Of a DNA stretch of 64,000 nt, positions 36,850-46,454 are shown in pieces (position 1 is the first letter of the stretch; every line of letters begins with the position of its first letter). The stretch lies in IMG/VR virus record IMGVR_UViG_3300010429_001251. One strand, given 5' to 3'. Below the pieces are notes generated by a model. That model was given only the letters and a program-made list of their open reading frames with translations, was not told the origin of the DNA and did not search any database. The translations under genes and the position numbers were made by a program. The stretch comes from a virus (lineage: Duplodnaviria > Heunggongvirae > Uroviricota > Caudoviricetes).

Positions 36850-37070
36850 TTAGATTGTTAGCCCATCTGGGAACTATTATATGTGGGTATGTTATAACTA
36901 TTCTGGTTGTATTTAATTGGATTATATTTTCTTTACAGGATTTATTTTTTGAATTGAAAAAAGCAATTGGAATGGATTATAAGGAAGTAGTTGATGAAAT
37001 TGAAACAGCCATAAGAATATTTTTAGAGTTTAAAAGGAGAAAACATAATGAGTTTAGCAAACAAATATAG
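36846..37070 (+). CDS. small membrane protein
   Basis: 74-aa ORF with an N-terminal TM helix. Confidence 0.3.
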   Translation: MIRLLAHLGTIICGYVITILVVFNWIIFSLQDLFFELKKAIGMDYKEVVDEIETAIRIFLEFKRRKHNEFSKQI

Positions 37071-38049
37071 GCCGAGAAAATTTGAAGACGTAACTGAACA
37101 AGATTTTATAATTAAAATCTTAAAAAATCAGTTAAAAGAGAAAAATGTACATAGTTTATATTTATTTATAGGTCCTGCAGGAACTGGGAAAACAACCAAT
37201 GCAAGAATTTTTGCGAATGAATTAAACGAAACAGAGGGAGCTTATGTTGAGGTAGATGCTGCTTCTAATAACAGCGTAGACAACGTTAGGGATATTATTA
37301 AAGACGCCCATCTAAAACCAGTAGGTGTTCCGTATAAGGTATATATTATAGACGAGGCTCATTTACTTAGCGCTAGTGCTGTTGGGGCTTTTTTAAAGTT
37401 ATTAGAAGAACCCCCTCAAAATGTAGTATTTATCTTTTGTACAACAGATCCACAAAAATTTCCTGCAACAATTTTTTCAAGAGGTCAAAGATTTGATTTT
37501 CAAAAAATTAGTTTTGGGGCTGTTTGTAAAAGATTAGAGTACATAGTTCTTCAAGAAAAGATAACATTAGTAGACCCAGCAGCAATTGAGTTTATAGCTA
37601 AATTAGCTGATGGAGGTATGAGAGATGCTGTAACTTTATTAGATACTTGTTTAGGTTACTCAAAAGAGTTAACTATTCCTAATGTTACCGAATCTTTAAA
37701 TGTGAGCGGTTACAAAGATTTATTTGAATCGCTTTATTATTTAGTTGAAAAGAATAAAAAAGATGCAATAGAACATCTTGAAAAAATTTATATGTCAGGA
37801 AAAGATTTAAAACTATTTTTTAAACAACTTTTAGAACTTGTTATGGATATTATGAAATATCAATTCTATACTGATTTTAAATACATTAAAGTTTCTAATC
37901 AGTATAAGAAAGATTTAGATTTTTATATTGAAAAAGATATTAATAAAGAATTGGTAGCTATAAATTCTTTATGTACTAAATTAAAATATGAACAGAATCC
38001 AAAATTAGCAGCTGAGGTGGATATAATTTTAATGTGTACGGAGGTATAA
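37048..38049 (+). CDS. Clamp-loader ATPase subunit (AAA+, RFC/gp44/DnaX-like)
   Basis: Walker A LFIGPAGTGKTT, Walker B YIIDEAHLLS, sensor-1/SRC-like FSRGQRFDF. Confidence 0.75.
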   Translation: MSLANKYRPRKFEDVTEQDFIIKILKNQLKEKNVHSLYLFIGPAGTGKTTNARIFANELNETEGAYVEVDAASNNSVDNVRDIIKDAHLKPVGVPYKVYIIDEAHLLSASAVGAFLKLLEEPPQNVVFIFCTTDPQKFPATIFSRGQRFDFQKISFGAVCKRLEYIVLQEKITLVDPAAIEFIAKLADGGMRDAVTLLDTCLGYSKELTIPNVTESLNVSGYKDLFESLYYLVEKNKKDAIEHLEKIYMSGKDLKLFFKQLLELVMDIMKYQFYTDFKYIKVSNQYKKDLDFYIEKDINKELVAINSLCTKLKYEQNPKLAAEVDIILMCTEV

Positions 38050-38891
38050 TGAATATAGTTGGACAAAATGATTTATTACGTAGACTGGATGAGTTAATTG
38101 CTGATAATTCATTGCCTAGATTCATTATAATTACTGGAGCAAGACGCTGTGGTAAAAATATGATAGTTAAATATCTATCAGAAAAACTAGGGGAATGTAT
38201 TGAGGTAGAGCAATCCACTGAAGCGGTGAGAGAGGCTATAAGAACTTGTTATAATGTAGCCACTCCTACTATATACCGATTAAACAATATTGCAAATATG
38301 CACCCTAATGCTAAAAATAGTTTGCTTAAAGTAACCGAAGAGCCTCCAAGGTTGTCATATTTCATAGCTACTGTTACTGATCTAAATGATGTATTACCCA
38401 CGTTAAAAAGTAGATCTTATATAGTTAGAATGAAGCCTTATTTGAAAGAAATTATATTAGATTATGCTCGTGAGTTAGATCAGACTTGGAATTTAACTCC
38501 AGAAGTTATTAAAATTTTAGGAATATTATGTGAAACTCCTGGGGAAGTAAATGACTTAATGAAGTTAGATATTTCTCAGTTATGGAAGGATGTTGAAAAT
38601 TATATTCTTAATATAGGTAAAGTATCAGGAGTTGAAAACTTTAAAGTAAGACAGTTATTAAAGATTAAAGAAGCAGACAAGGGTTATGACATTGATCTTT
38701 TTATGTCAACCTGTAAGAAATATTGTAGATGGATTTTAGAAGATGTTCCTTATCATTTAGCAGATAAAATAAAATTTTCAAAAACTGTAGATGCTACTTC
38801 TAAATATCTTAATGAGTTAAATATAAAATCAATTAATAAATCTAATGTTGTTGATGCCTGGATAATGGCTTTAAGGGAAATCTGGAAATAA
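38049..38891 (+). CDS. Clamp-loader accessory subunit (delta-prime/gp62-like AAA+ variant)
   Basis: Degenerate P-loop ITGARRCGKN and sensor motif TLKSRSYIV. The start is moved to the ATG at 38049, behind a GGAGG RBS. Confidence 0.5.
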   Translation: MNIVGQNDLLRRLDELIADNSLPRFIIITGARRCGKNMIVKYLSEKLGECIEVEQSTEAVREAIRTCYNVATPTIYRLNNIANMHPNAKNSLLKVTEEPPRLSYFIATVTDLNDVLPTLKSRSYIVRMKPYLKEIILDYARELDQTWNLTPEVIKILGILCETPGEVNDLMKLDISQLWKDVENYILNIGKVSGVENFKVRQLLKIKEADKGYDIDLFMSTCKKYCRWILEDVPYHLADKIKFSKTVDATSKYLNELNIKSINKSNVVDAWIMALREIWK

Positions 38892-38931
38892 TCTCTGGAT
38901 AGTAGTTTTGTAGAATAATAGGAGTTTAACA

Positions 38932-39357
38932 ATGGAACAAGCAGTGACTATGCGTGATTTATGGGAAAACAAACAGTATTTAAAACTTAAATGTAATGTA
39001 CAATCTTTAGTATCCTTACAGTCTGTAACTAATTTATTCATTAGACAGAATAAGGATTTAGCAGAGTTAGTAATACTCAAGCCAAATAGACGAACTAAAA
39101 AACCTTGTGCTTACATCACGGATGTGAATGAATTTATAGAAAGATTCAATCAAGTATGGGATAAAAAACAAACTGAAAAACCCCCGGCACAGTCTGGTTT
39201 TTCAGAAACTTTAAGAGATTGTTATGAACAAGGCTGTAACTGTGCAAATTGTTTTTATAATTCATTTGAAAGCTTAAAAGATAAATGTGTTATGAGAATA
39301 TATGTAAGCGAGTTTATTAAAATGTATGGTCAGGATCGTTTATTACAAGTAATATAG
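38932..39357 (+). CDS. hypothetical protein
   Basis: 141-aa ORF with RBS AGGAG. Confidence 0.45.
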   Translation: MEQAVTMRDLWENKQYLKLKCNVQSLVSLQSVTNLFIRQNKDLAELVILKPNRRTKKPCAYITDVNEFIERFNQVWDKKQTEKPPAQSGFSETLRDCYEQGCNCANCFYNSFESLKDKCVMRIYVSEFIKMYGQDRLLQVI

Positions 39358-39367
39358 GAAGAATAAA

Positions 39368-40339
39368 ATGGATTTAATATCATTAGTAAATAAATTAAAA
39401 ACAAAAAACTGCCCTAAAGTTTTAATATTTACAGGGGAGGAGCAGGCTGTAGCTAAGACGTATATTAACGGTGTAGCTAAAACTTTGGGGCTGCATATTA
39501 AACGTAAAAATGATATAAAGGAGGTTCTAATTGACAGTAAGGGTAGAACTTTGACAGGTCAAAAAAATTTGTATATCTTGTATGAAGACAAGGTATTCAG
39601 AAGAGCTGAGAAATTGTGGAAAACTATAGATAAAATGATGGGTGAGCATTATTTAATTTTAATTTATCCTTCTTTAGATAAAAGAGAAAAATTTTATAAA
39701 AGTTTTAATAATCAATTATTAGACGAGGATAATCCTATTGTAGAATTTGAAAAGTTATCTGAAGAACAATTAGTCAAATATATAGCTAAAGAGATAGAAT
39801 TAAATGGAGATAAAGCTAAAAAATTAGTATCTTTGGTTGATTTTGATTATGGGCGCTTATTACTTGAGATTAATAAAATAAAACATCTATATACAGTTGA
39901 AAAAGTAGAAAAGGGCTTTGCTACTCATAATGAAATATTCCAAAAAGCTTTGGATAATAACTTATTTTATATAAGTCCGGATGATGTTTTATTTGATTTT
40001 GCAAATGCTGTTCTATGTAATGATTATTCTGAATCTTTAAGGCTATTGAATGAGACAAAAAGATTTGGAGAAAATAATTTAAAAGCATTAGCCACTCTTT
40101 ATTCAAATTTTAAAAATATGTTATTGGTTCAGGGGTGCCCGGCACAGGCTACGCCTGAGATTACGGGTTTATCAAATGGTCAGATTTACCATTTAAGGCA
40201 AAAGAAAAATAAATTTAATACACTTGAGCTAATCGAAAACATTAAAATAATTAGAGAGGCTGAGAAGGGTATAAAAATAGGAACACTTGATTCTGAAATT
40301 GCATTAGATTATGTAGTGTGCCGGCTATTAAGGAGATAG
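39368..40339 (+). CDS. DNA polymerase III delta-subunit-like (HolA-like) clamp-loader component
   Basis: N-terminal pattern (VLIFTGEEQAVAK...) and the about 320-aa size match HolA-like proteins. It sits next to the clamp-loader ATPase genes. Confidence 0.4.
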   Translation: MDLISLVNKLKTKNCPKVLIFTGEEQAVAKTYINGVAKTLGLHIKRKNDIKEVLIDSKGRTLTGQKNLYILYEDKVFRRAEKLWKTIDKMMGEHYLILIYPSLDKREKFYKSFNNQLLDEDNPIVEFEKLSEEQLVKYIAKEIELNGDKAKKLVSLVDFDYGRLLLEINKIKHLYTVEKVEKGFATHNEIFQKALDNNLFYISPDDVLFDFANAVLCNDYSESLRLLNETKRFGENNLKALATLYSNFKNMLLVQGCPAQATPEITGLSNGQIYHLRQKKNKFNTLELIENIKIIREAEKGIKIGTLDSEIALDYVVCRLLRR

Positions 40340-40340
40340 G

Positions 40341-40559
40341 ATGAATATCTATCAAAAAGCTTTAATTAAGATAAAAGTAGAGCTAGGAATGTCGGAGAGT
40401 GATCCGGAAGAGTTGAAAAAAGAACTAATAGAGTATATTGATGCTATTTTAGATAAAAATATATTCTTTAAGTCGTGTTGTGCTAATAAACCGGAAGTTA
40501 CTAAAAATGGAGTTTTATATTGTTGTAGGTGCTATAGACAGGAGATGAATAATGGCTAA
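40341..40559 (+). CDS. hypothetical small protein (Cys-containing)
   Basis: 72-aa ORF. Confidence 0.3.
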   Translation: MNIYQKALIKIKVELGMSESDPEELKKELIEYIDAILDKNIFFKSCCANKPEVTKNGVLYCCRCYRQEMNNG

Positions 40560-41142
40560 TTTAAGATGTTTTTTAGGAGTTATCGGTTCTGGGAAGGATT
40601 ACCAATCCAAGAAGTTTTTAAGCGATGCTAAAGCTTTCGGTTATAAAATGGAACAAGTAAATTTTGCAGATCCCTTACGTGAGATGGCTTGGAAATTATT
40701 AAGTTGGGAGCCTAAAAATGCCGAGGAGTATGAACAGTTTAAGAATGGTTTTGTGGCAACCTACACTAATGATAAATACTTCCAATCAATTACAGGTAGA
40801 CAATATCTTCAAAATCTAGGAACAACTATGAGAGAGATAGATCCTAATTTTTGGGCTAAGCGCTGGGCTGATAAAACTAGAAAATTATTAGAAGAAGGGA
40901 TTCACGTTGTTTGTTCCGATCTGAGATACCCTAATGAATTAATAGAGGCATTTATGTTAGCACAGTGTTATACTAAAAGTGCTAATGAAGCTTTTTTATT
41001 TTGTGATTATAGGTCTGAGAGATATGAGCCTGATAATGAACACTCTTCAGAACATTTAGCTCAGAGGATTCTAAAAGATGGGTATAGAGATGGACAGGCT
41101 TTAGGTTTGGAATATTTAGCTAGTTTAATGAAAATTAAATAG
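40552..41142 (+). CDS. deoxynucleoside monophosphate kinase-like P-loop kinase
   Basis: P-loop GVIGSGKDY typical of phage dNMP kinases (T4 gp1-like GxxGSGKD). Confidence 0.45.
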   Translation: MANLRCFLGVIGSGKDYQSKKFLSDAKAFGYKMEQVNFADPLREMAWKLLSWEPKNAEEYEQFKNGFVATYTNDKYFQSITGRQYLQNLGTTMREIDPNFWAKRWADKTRKLLEEGIHVVCSDLRYPNELIEAFMLAQCYTKSANEAFLFCDYRSERYEPDNEHSSEHLAQRILKDGYRDGQALGLEYLASLMKIK

Positions 41143-41152
41143 GAGTCTGCTT

Positions 41153-41314
41153 TGGAAGATCAAGTTAGGGAATATGTAATAGACGATTTAAACGAAACTT
41201 CTTATAATCTCAAGAAGTATTATACAAAACCTCACTGTGAAGATACTTTAACCAGTTTAAGGGTGAAAATGTTCCAAAGTATCGAGCAGTTTAATAAAAC
41301 CCCTAAAAATTAAT
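41153..41314 (+). CDS. hypothetical small protein (TTG start)
   Basis: 53-aa ORF behind an AGGAG RBS; weak. Confidence 0.2.
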
Positions 41315-41764
41315 CAGAGTAAGGGTTTACACCCTATTAAATAAAGGGTCATTAACAGGGGTAAAAAATTTTTTATGATGTTTACCCCATACCCTTAAAA
41401 ATAAACCCCTTAAAACCCCTGCTACGTGTAACAACCCCGTAACAATTGAGTAAAGATATGGAATTTGAATCATTTATAAAGAAAATTTGTAATATAGAGT
41501 TTACTGAACATCAAAAGAAGATAATTGAGTGGATAAAAAAGAATCCAGGTAAAAAAGCTGTATTTGTAAAACCGAGATATTTAAAAGTTTACGGATGGGA
41601 GAATAAATGGAGTATTCAATAGAGCAATTACATCATATTTTTAGACTACAGTGTTGCCCAGATAAGTATTTCACAATAGGAGATTTCCAAAATTTTTGGC
41701 AAGATGAATTATATTGTCCTTTTTGTGGTACTAAATGCAGAATTAAAAAAGTGGAGGATAAGAA

Positions 41765-41998
41765 ATGATACAGGCTATAAACTGTCAGCCTCTCAGGGGT
41801 AAAGTTTATTTTAAGTCTAACCCCGTGGTTAAAGCGGCGGAAGAAGTTTCAGAACCCATTATGGCTCAAGTAGGTTATTTTATGGTAGGAGCCGGAGCAT
41901 TATCCTTATTAGGATTATTAGGTTACTCAATTTTTAACTCAAAAGGTAAAAGGAGGACACATGGAATTAGCAGCTCTAATAGTAGCAATGGTAGCTAA
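41765..41998 (+). CDS. small membrane protein
   Basis: 77 aa with a TM helix (YFMVGAGALSLLGLLGY). Confidence 0.35.
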   Translation: MIQAINCQPLRGKVYFKSNPVVKAAEEVSEPIMAQVGYFMVGAGALSLLGLLGYSIFNSKGKRRTHGISSSNSSNGS

Positions 41999-42143
41999 CT
42001 TGGTAAAAATAGAACACGATTATTTAGACATAGTGAGGGGTAAACCGAAACAAGAGATTCAACAAATTAAGTCTGAAGAAAAGCCTATGAAAAAAGAAAA
42101 TATACGGAAGATAGATAAATTAGAAATAGTGAATGTATGTTAG
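41961..42143 (+). CDS. small membrane protein
   Basis: 60 aa with an N-terminal hydrophobic helix. Confidence 0.3.
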   Translation: MELAALIVAMVANLVKIEHDYLDIVRGKPKQEIQQIKSEEKPMKKENIRKIDKLEIVNVC

Positions 42144-42423
42144 AAAGGAGTTATTGATGAGTTATTGCGGCATTCATCTAAGCTTAAACAAGAGTAAAGA
42201 AGAGCTGAATAAAGCTGTTTACAGATTGAGAAGAGCGGAGATTCAAGATTTTAATGATTGCTTAGATGAAATAGAAAAGGCAGCCCATAGACTAACGGAA
42301 GAGGCAGTTAAAGCCAAAAATATTTTAGAAAATGTTTGGGCTATACAATGTGGGGTAAACGGAGCTAATGAAAAGTTACAAGATTTAATTGTACTTATAG
42401 GAGGTAAAGATGAAAATAATTAA
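42133..42423 (+). CDS. hypothetical protein
   Basis: 96-aa ORF. Confidence 0.35.
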   Translation: MYVRKELLMSYCGIHLSLNKSKEELNKAVYRLRRAEIQDFNDCLDEIEKAAHRLTEEAVKAKNILENVWAIQCGVNGANEKLQDLIVLIGGKDENN

Positions 42424-43039
42424 ACCGAGAGTGGAGGTTATCAACTTAATTGAACCTAAAAAGATGATGCAGCATATTGAAAAGGTAGGAAGGCTATGTT
42501 GGAAGTCTGAAGAAAAAATAACAGACGAGTCTTATAAAAAATTTATAGAGATGATTTTAAAAAGAGAACACGAAGCGGTTATTGAGCATTCTTTTATAAC
42601 AGCTATTTTTGTTTGCGATAGGGGAGTTACTCACGAAATAGTAAGACATAGACTCTTCAGTTATGCTCAAGAGTCTACTCGTTACTGTAACTATTCTAAT
42701 GATAAATTTGGAAAAGAATTGACTTTCATAGATCCTTGTTTTTGGAATGATACGGATAATACTTATTTGTATCTAACTTGGAAGGACTCAATGGAGAAGG
42801 CCGAAAGAGATTATTTAGATCTAATTGAACACGGAGCGACTCCTCAAGAAGCTCGTTCAGTTCTTCCAAATTCATTAAAAACTGAAATAGCAGTATCCGG
42901 TAATTTTAGAGAATGGCGTCACTTTTTTAAATTAAGATGCGCTTTAGCTGCTCATCCTCAAATGCGAGAGGTAGCTAGTATGGCTTACAATCAGATGTTT
43001 GAATTGTACCCAGAAGTATTTAGTGGATTGGATGGGTAA
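42410..43039 (+). CDS. thyX: Flavin-dependent thymidylate synthase (ThyX)
   Basis: ThyX signature RHRxxxxxxxSxRY (RHRLFSYAQESTRY). Confidence 0.85.
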   Translation: MKIIKPRVEVINLIEPKKMMQHIEKVGRLCWKSEEKITDESYKKFIEMILKREHEAVIEHSFITAIFVCDRGVTHEIVRHRLFSYAQESTRYCNYSNDKFGKELTFIDPCFWNDTDNTYLYLTWKDSMEKAERDYLDLIEHGATPQEARSVLPNSLKTEIAVSGNFREWRHFFKLRCALAAHPQMREVASMAYNQMFELYPEVFSGLDG

Positions 43040-43485
43040 TGGTAGATATTGATCCTAATCGTAAATGTTTTACTAGTAAAGCCGTTTGTGACCTTTTAAA
43101 CATTAGCAGAAAAAATATAGTTAAGTGGGAAAATCTAAAAATAATTCCCTGTACTAAAGAAGGGTTTCAACGCCGGTTTAGTTTAAATGATATAAAACAT
43201 ATTGAGTGGATCATATACATGAAAAGAGAGCTTAAACTATCTTCTCAAAGCATAGCTATTATAGCTCATCTAATGTACAAGGTGAATGTAAGTCCTGATA
43301 ATTTAAAAGATCATACTATATTAGTTCTTAAAGAATTTGAAAGAAGCGGTAGAGTAGAAAAAAGCAAAAGACGCAAAAAGCATGCTCCTGTGGAGCTAGA
43401 AAAGATAGCCATAGAAGCTGCTAATGCGTTAAAACAAATTAGTGTAGTATCTAAAGCAACTGCAGAAGAGTGGGACAATGAGTAA
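43039..43485 (+). CDS. HTH DNA-binding protein (MerR/excisionase-like)
   Basis: N-terminal HTH pattern FTSKAVCDLLNISRKNIVKW. Confidence 0.35.
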   Translation: MVDIDPNRKCFTSKAVCDLLNISRKNIVKWENLKIIPCTKEGFQRRFSLNDIKHIEWIIYMKRELKLSSQSIAIIAHLMYKVNVSPDNLKDHTILVLKEFERSGRVEKSKRRKKHAPVELEKIAIEAANALKQISVVSKATAEEWDNE

Positions 43486-43623
43486 TTATTCTAAATTTTG
43501 TAAACGATGTGGACGTCCTCTTAAAAATGAGGAGAGTAGACGTACAGGGTTTGGGAATGTTTGTCATCAAAAAATGTCAAATAATAAATTAGTTAGAAAT
43601 GTATTTATAAAGGAGTCTTAAAT
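43483..43623 (+). CDS. small zinc-ribbon protein
   Basis: About 46 aa with CKRCGRP...CHQ; coordinates approximate. Confidence 0.2.
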
Positions 43624-44170
43624 GTTACAATCAGAATTAGATAAGTATCAAAAAATTTTAGAAGTACACGGTGATAGCTATGCAGGTTATAACCATGCTA
43701 AACATCATTATAATTTTATTATACCTTTTTTGGATGTAGAGAAGTCTTTAGTAGTAGCAGATTTAGGATGTGGTTGTGGTTATTTCCCTAACTGGATAAA
43801 ATGTACATTTCCTCAACATACGGTATACGGCATTGAGCCTGTTTTTGCTCCTTTTGGAGATAAATCTTACGGGGTTGACTATCTTAAAGGAGATAGTACG
43901 AATATTCCTCTTGAAAAAGTAGACATATTATTTAGTTTTGATGTTATGGAGCATATACACCCAGATGATTTAGAACAGTCATTACAAGAAATCTATAGAG
44001 TTACTAAGTGTTTTGTAGCTAAAATCTCCACAGTGCCCTCAGCGGTTGGTGGTGTACATGGCGAAGATCTTCATCCTATTGTACAGCCTTTGGACTGGTG
44101 GGTAGTGCAGCTTAAAAGATTTTTTGAAAATGTGTCTATTCAGGGTGAGATGATAGTATGTCAAGAATAA
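43622..44170 (+). CDS. Class I SAM-dependent methyltransferase
   Basis: Motif I VADLGCGCGYF and acidic motif LFSFDVMEH. Confidence 0.6.
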   Translation: MLQSELDKYQKILEVHGDSYAGYNHAKHHYNFIIPFLDVEKSLVVADLGCGCGYFPNWIKCTFPQHTVYGIEPVFAPFGDKSYGVDYLKGDSTNIPLEKVDILFSFDVMEHIHPDDLEQSLQEIYRVTKCFVAKISTVPSAVGGVHGEDLHPIVQPLDWWVVQLKRFFENVSIQGEMIVCQE

Positions 44171-44451
44171 TACCAGAGGGAAGAGTTGAAATACCTTTCA
44201 CCTCTCTGGCTGATTTTATGCTTGAAAATCCAGGACAATGTAGATGTGAATGGTGCGGAAGACTGGTACACTGCTTAACTAAACATCATTTCCCTATTTC
44301 TAAAAATAATGGAGGAAGAAAAACCGTTAATATTTGCGGAGCGTGTCACAATGATTTCCATTATTTAGAACATAGGGGAGTAGATAAAGTAAAATATATA
44401 GAATGGGTTGTACAGCAAGATAGAAAACCTAAAAAGAAAGTGAAAAGATAA
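44158..44451 (+). CDS. HNH endonuclease
   Basis: CEWCG...HH...N...N.CGACHNDFH HNH motif. Confidence 0.55.
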   Translation: MSRIIPEGRVEIPFTSLADFMLENPGQCRCEWCGRLVHCLTKHHFPISKNNGGRKTVNICGACHNDFHYLEHRGVDKVKYIEWVVQQDRKPKKKVKR

Positions 44452-44996
44452 TGGACTTACATAATCCTAAATTTAGCAAAAAAGGATTCATTCAAGTTTA
44501 TACAGGTAGAGGCAAGGGTAAAACCACTGCCTCTATGGGTTTAGTTACACGAGCATTAGGTAGAGGTTGGAAGGTTTTTGTAATGCAGTTTTGCAAGGTA
44601 AAAAACCACACGGGAGAATACCAATATTTAGGGTTAGAAAACCCTTGTAACTTAGCTTATAGTTCTTGTGGACTCCCTCATTACCCTAATAAATTAAATG
44701 TAACTGAAAAAGATAAACAAGCCTGTAGAGATGGGTGGGGCTTGGTATTGAAAAGACATAAACAATTCGATTTGATCGTTTTAGATGAATTAAATATAGC
44801 TATTGATTTTGAGTTTTTAACCACGGAAGAGGTCTTAGAGTTTTTAAATAATAAGCCCCAAAACTTAGAAATAGTTATAACTGGAAGAAATATTAGACCT
44901 GAAATATTAGAAGCAGCTCATTTAGTTACTGAAATGGTTCCCTTGAAGCATTATATTGATATTGGAGTCCAAGCAAGGGAGGGAATAGAATATTGA
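44451..44996 (+). CDS. ATP:cob(I)alamin adenosyltransferase-like protein (CobA/CobO/BtuR family)
   Basis: GFIQVYTGRGKGKTTASMGLVTRALGRGWKVFVMQFCK closely parallels the CobA P-loop region (IVYTGNGKGKTTAA.G...RA.G.G..V.VVQF.K). Confidence 0.55.
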   Translation: MDLHNPKFSKKGFIQVYTGRGKGKTTASMGLVTRALGRGWKVFVMQFCKVKNHTGEYQYLGLENPCNLAYSSCGLPHYPNKLNVTEKDKQACRDGWGLVLKRHKQFDLIVLDELNIAIDFEFLTTEEVLEFLNNKPQNLEIVITGRNIRPEILEAAHLVTEMVPLKHYIDIGVQAREGIEY

Positions 44997-45199
44997 AGAA
45001 GTGTAAACATGAAATTAAATCTCATCCGATTTATTCTCAAAGACATAATTTACCTAATCTTGAATTAGATCAATGCTTCTTATGCGGTTTGTGGAGAATT
45101 ATTAGATGGTATTCAGGAATATTGCCAGGTGAAGATTATAGAGATATAAGTTATTCTTATAATATAAGAGATTTAATTTGGGGGAAGTATGCCAGTTGA
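44993..45199 (+). CDS. hypothetical small protein
   Basis: 68-aa ORF. Confidence 0.3.
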   Translation: MKKCKHEIKSHPIYSQRHNLPNLELDQCFLCGLWRIIRWYSGILPGEDYRDISYSYNIRDLIWGKYAS

Positions 45200-45476
45200 T
45201 AAATACGCAGAAGATTATAAAGAACATACAATAGATCAAAATTGTTGTCCTAAATGTAAATCTACAAACATAGTAAAGGGACTTTCAAAGTGGATTTGTA
45301 AAAGTTGCTTTGAGTATTTTAAAGATCCGGTTATAATGCCTATTACTTACGGGTTTAATATGTCTGCAATTACGCCTTCTTTAATACCTTTTAAAGACCC
45401 TTATGAGGATTTAAAACAAATTAGAGCCGAAGTGTACAGAGCGGTTATACCGTGTGATTTTAGAATAAGAGGATAA
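45189..45476 (+). CDS. zinc-ribbon protein
   Basis: CPKCKS...CKSC motifs; 95 aa. Confidence 0.35.
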   Translation: MPVDKYAEDYKEHTIDQNCCPKCKSTNIVKGLSKWICKSCFEYFKDPVIMPITYGFNMSAITPSLIPFKDPYEDLKQIRAEVYRAVIPCDFRIRG

Positions 45477-45480
45477 GGAA

Positions 45481-46215
45481 ATGGGTAGAACGAAAAAGAA
45501 ACCTAATGATGACGATGATGTAATAGTTCCAGAGGTAATAACTCCAATGCCTTTGGCTAATTCTTTTGTATGTAATTATACTGATTATAAAGAAGACGAT
45601 TTTATTTGTCTATGCGCTGTTAGTGGAAGCTCAGATAAAACTATAGAGAATTATTTACAATGTTTTGATCCGCCAGATGGGGCTGATGAAGAGCAAATTA
45701 AAGGACTAGCCCATGCTTTAAAATTAAAATTATATACTCAAATTCAAGAAAAAAGAAAAGAGTTACGAGCTCAGGGCTTATTAAAAGAAATGGAAACTAC
45801 AGGGTGTAGCCTTAGACAATTAGCTTTTATAGAACATTATTTATTTAGTAGTAATAAGAGTACTAGAATTATAGATGCCTATAGATTAGCTTATGGTGGA
45901 GAGGGTGTTCCTCCTCATATGTTAAAAGTACAAGCATATAAGGTATTAAACTGCGCCACGGTTAAAACAGCTATTGAAAAATATAGAAAGCAAATGGAAG
46001 AAGACTTAGGTTTATCTTTTGCAGAGTATTTATTAGAACTAGATCAAAATAGAGAACAAGCCAGAAGATTTGGACAAGTTAGTGCAATGAATGCTGCTAC
46101 AGTAGCTAAGGGTAGAGCTATGGGCTATGATAAAATTAATATCAAGAATGAAGATACGGAACGTACTATTGAAGATTTATTGCAAGAAGTGAAGAATTCA
46201 AAGGAAGCAAAGTAA
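45481..46215 (+). CDS. terS: Terminase small subunit (Terminase_2-like, HTH)
   Basis: Central AFIEHYLFSSNKSTRIIDAYRLAYG...KVQAYKVLNCATVKTAIEKYRKQMEE matches the small-terminase family pattern. Confidence 0.5.
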   Translation: MGRTKKKPNDDDDVIVPEVITPMPLANSFVCNYTDYKEDDFICLCAVSGSSDKTIENYLQCFDPPDGADEEQIKGLAHALKLKLYTQIQEKRKELRAQGLLKEMETTGCSLRQLAFIEHYLFSSNKSTRIIDAYRLAYGGEGVPPHMLKVQAYKVLNCATVKTAIEKYRKQMEEDLGLSFAEYLLELDQNREQARRFGQVSAMNAATVAKGRAMGYDKINIKNEDTERTIEDLLQEVKNSKEAK

Positions 46216-46287
46216 TTCACACCTAGCAGCAGCGTTTTTAAAGGGTTTATTTTATGGGTCAGGTCATTTAATACCTGCTCAAAAAAT

Positions 46288-46316
46288 AAACCCCTTAGTT
46301 ATGGGGTTTTATATTT
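46288..46316 (+). terminator. Rho-independent terminator (AAACCCC-ttagttat-GGGGTTT plus a T-tract) ending the plus-strand block
   Basis: 7-bp stem followed by TTTTATATTT in a convergent intergenic region. Confidence 0.55.
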
Positions 46317-46350
46317 AATAATAGTTAATTATACCCAATTTACAGGGGTA

Positions 46351-46430
46351 TTTTTAAGGGGTTTAAGGGTTAGGGGTGTATTAAGTACCTTGAAAACTTA
46401 AAACCCCGTTAAAAACGATTTTAACAGGGT
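46351..46430. repeat. G4/C4 inverted-repeat element, copy A (TTTTAAGGGGTTTAAGGGTTAGGGGTG...AAACCCCGTTAAAAACG)
   Basis: About 80-90 nt element; a directly repeated homologue lies at 58705-58772 and related copies at 8080-8160 and 41320-41450. Confidence 0.5.
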
Positions 46431-46454
46431 TTTAAAGGGTTTATATTTTAGTGA

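Noticed and set aside
38034-38048. Upstream start for the clamp-loader small subunit (MYGGIM...)
   Set aside because: The downstream ATG at 38049 has a proper GGAGG RBS and avoids a 16-nt overlap, so it is the preferred start.
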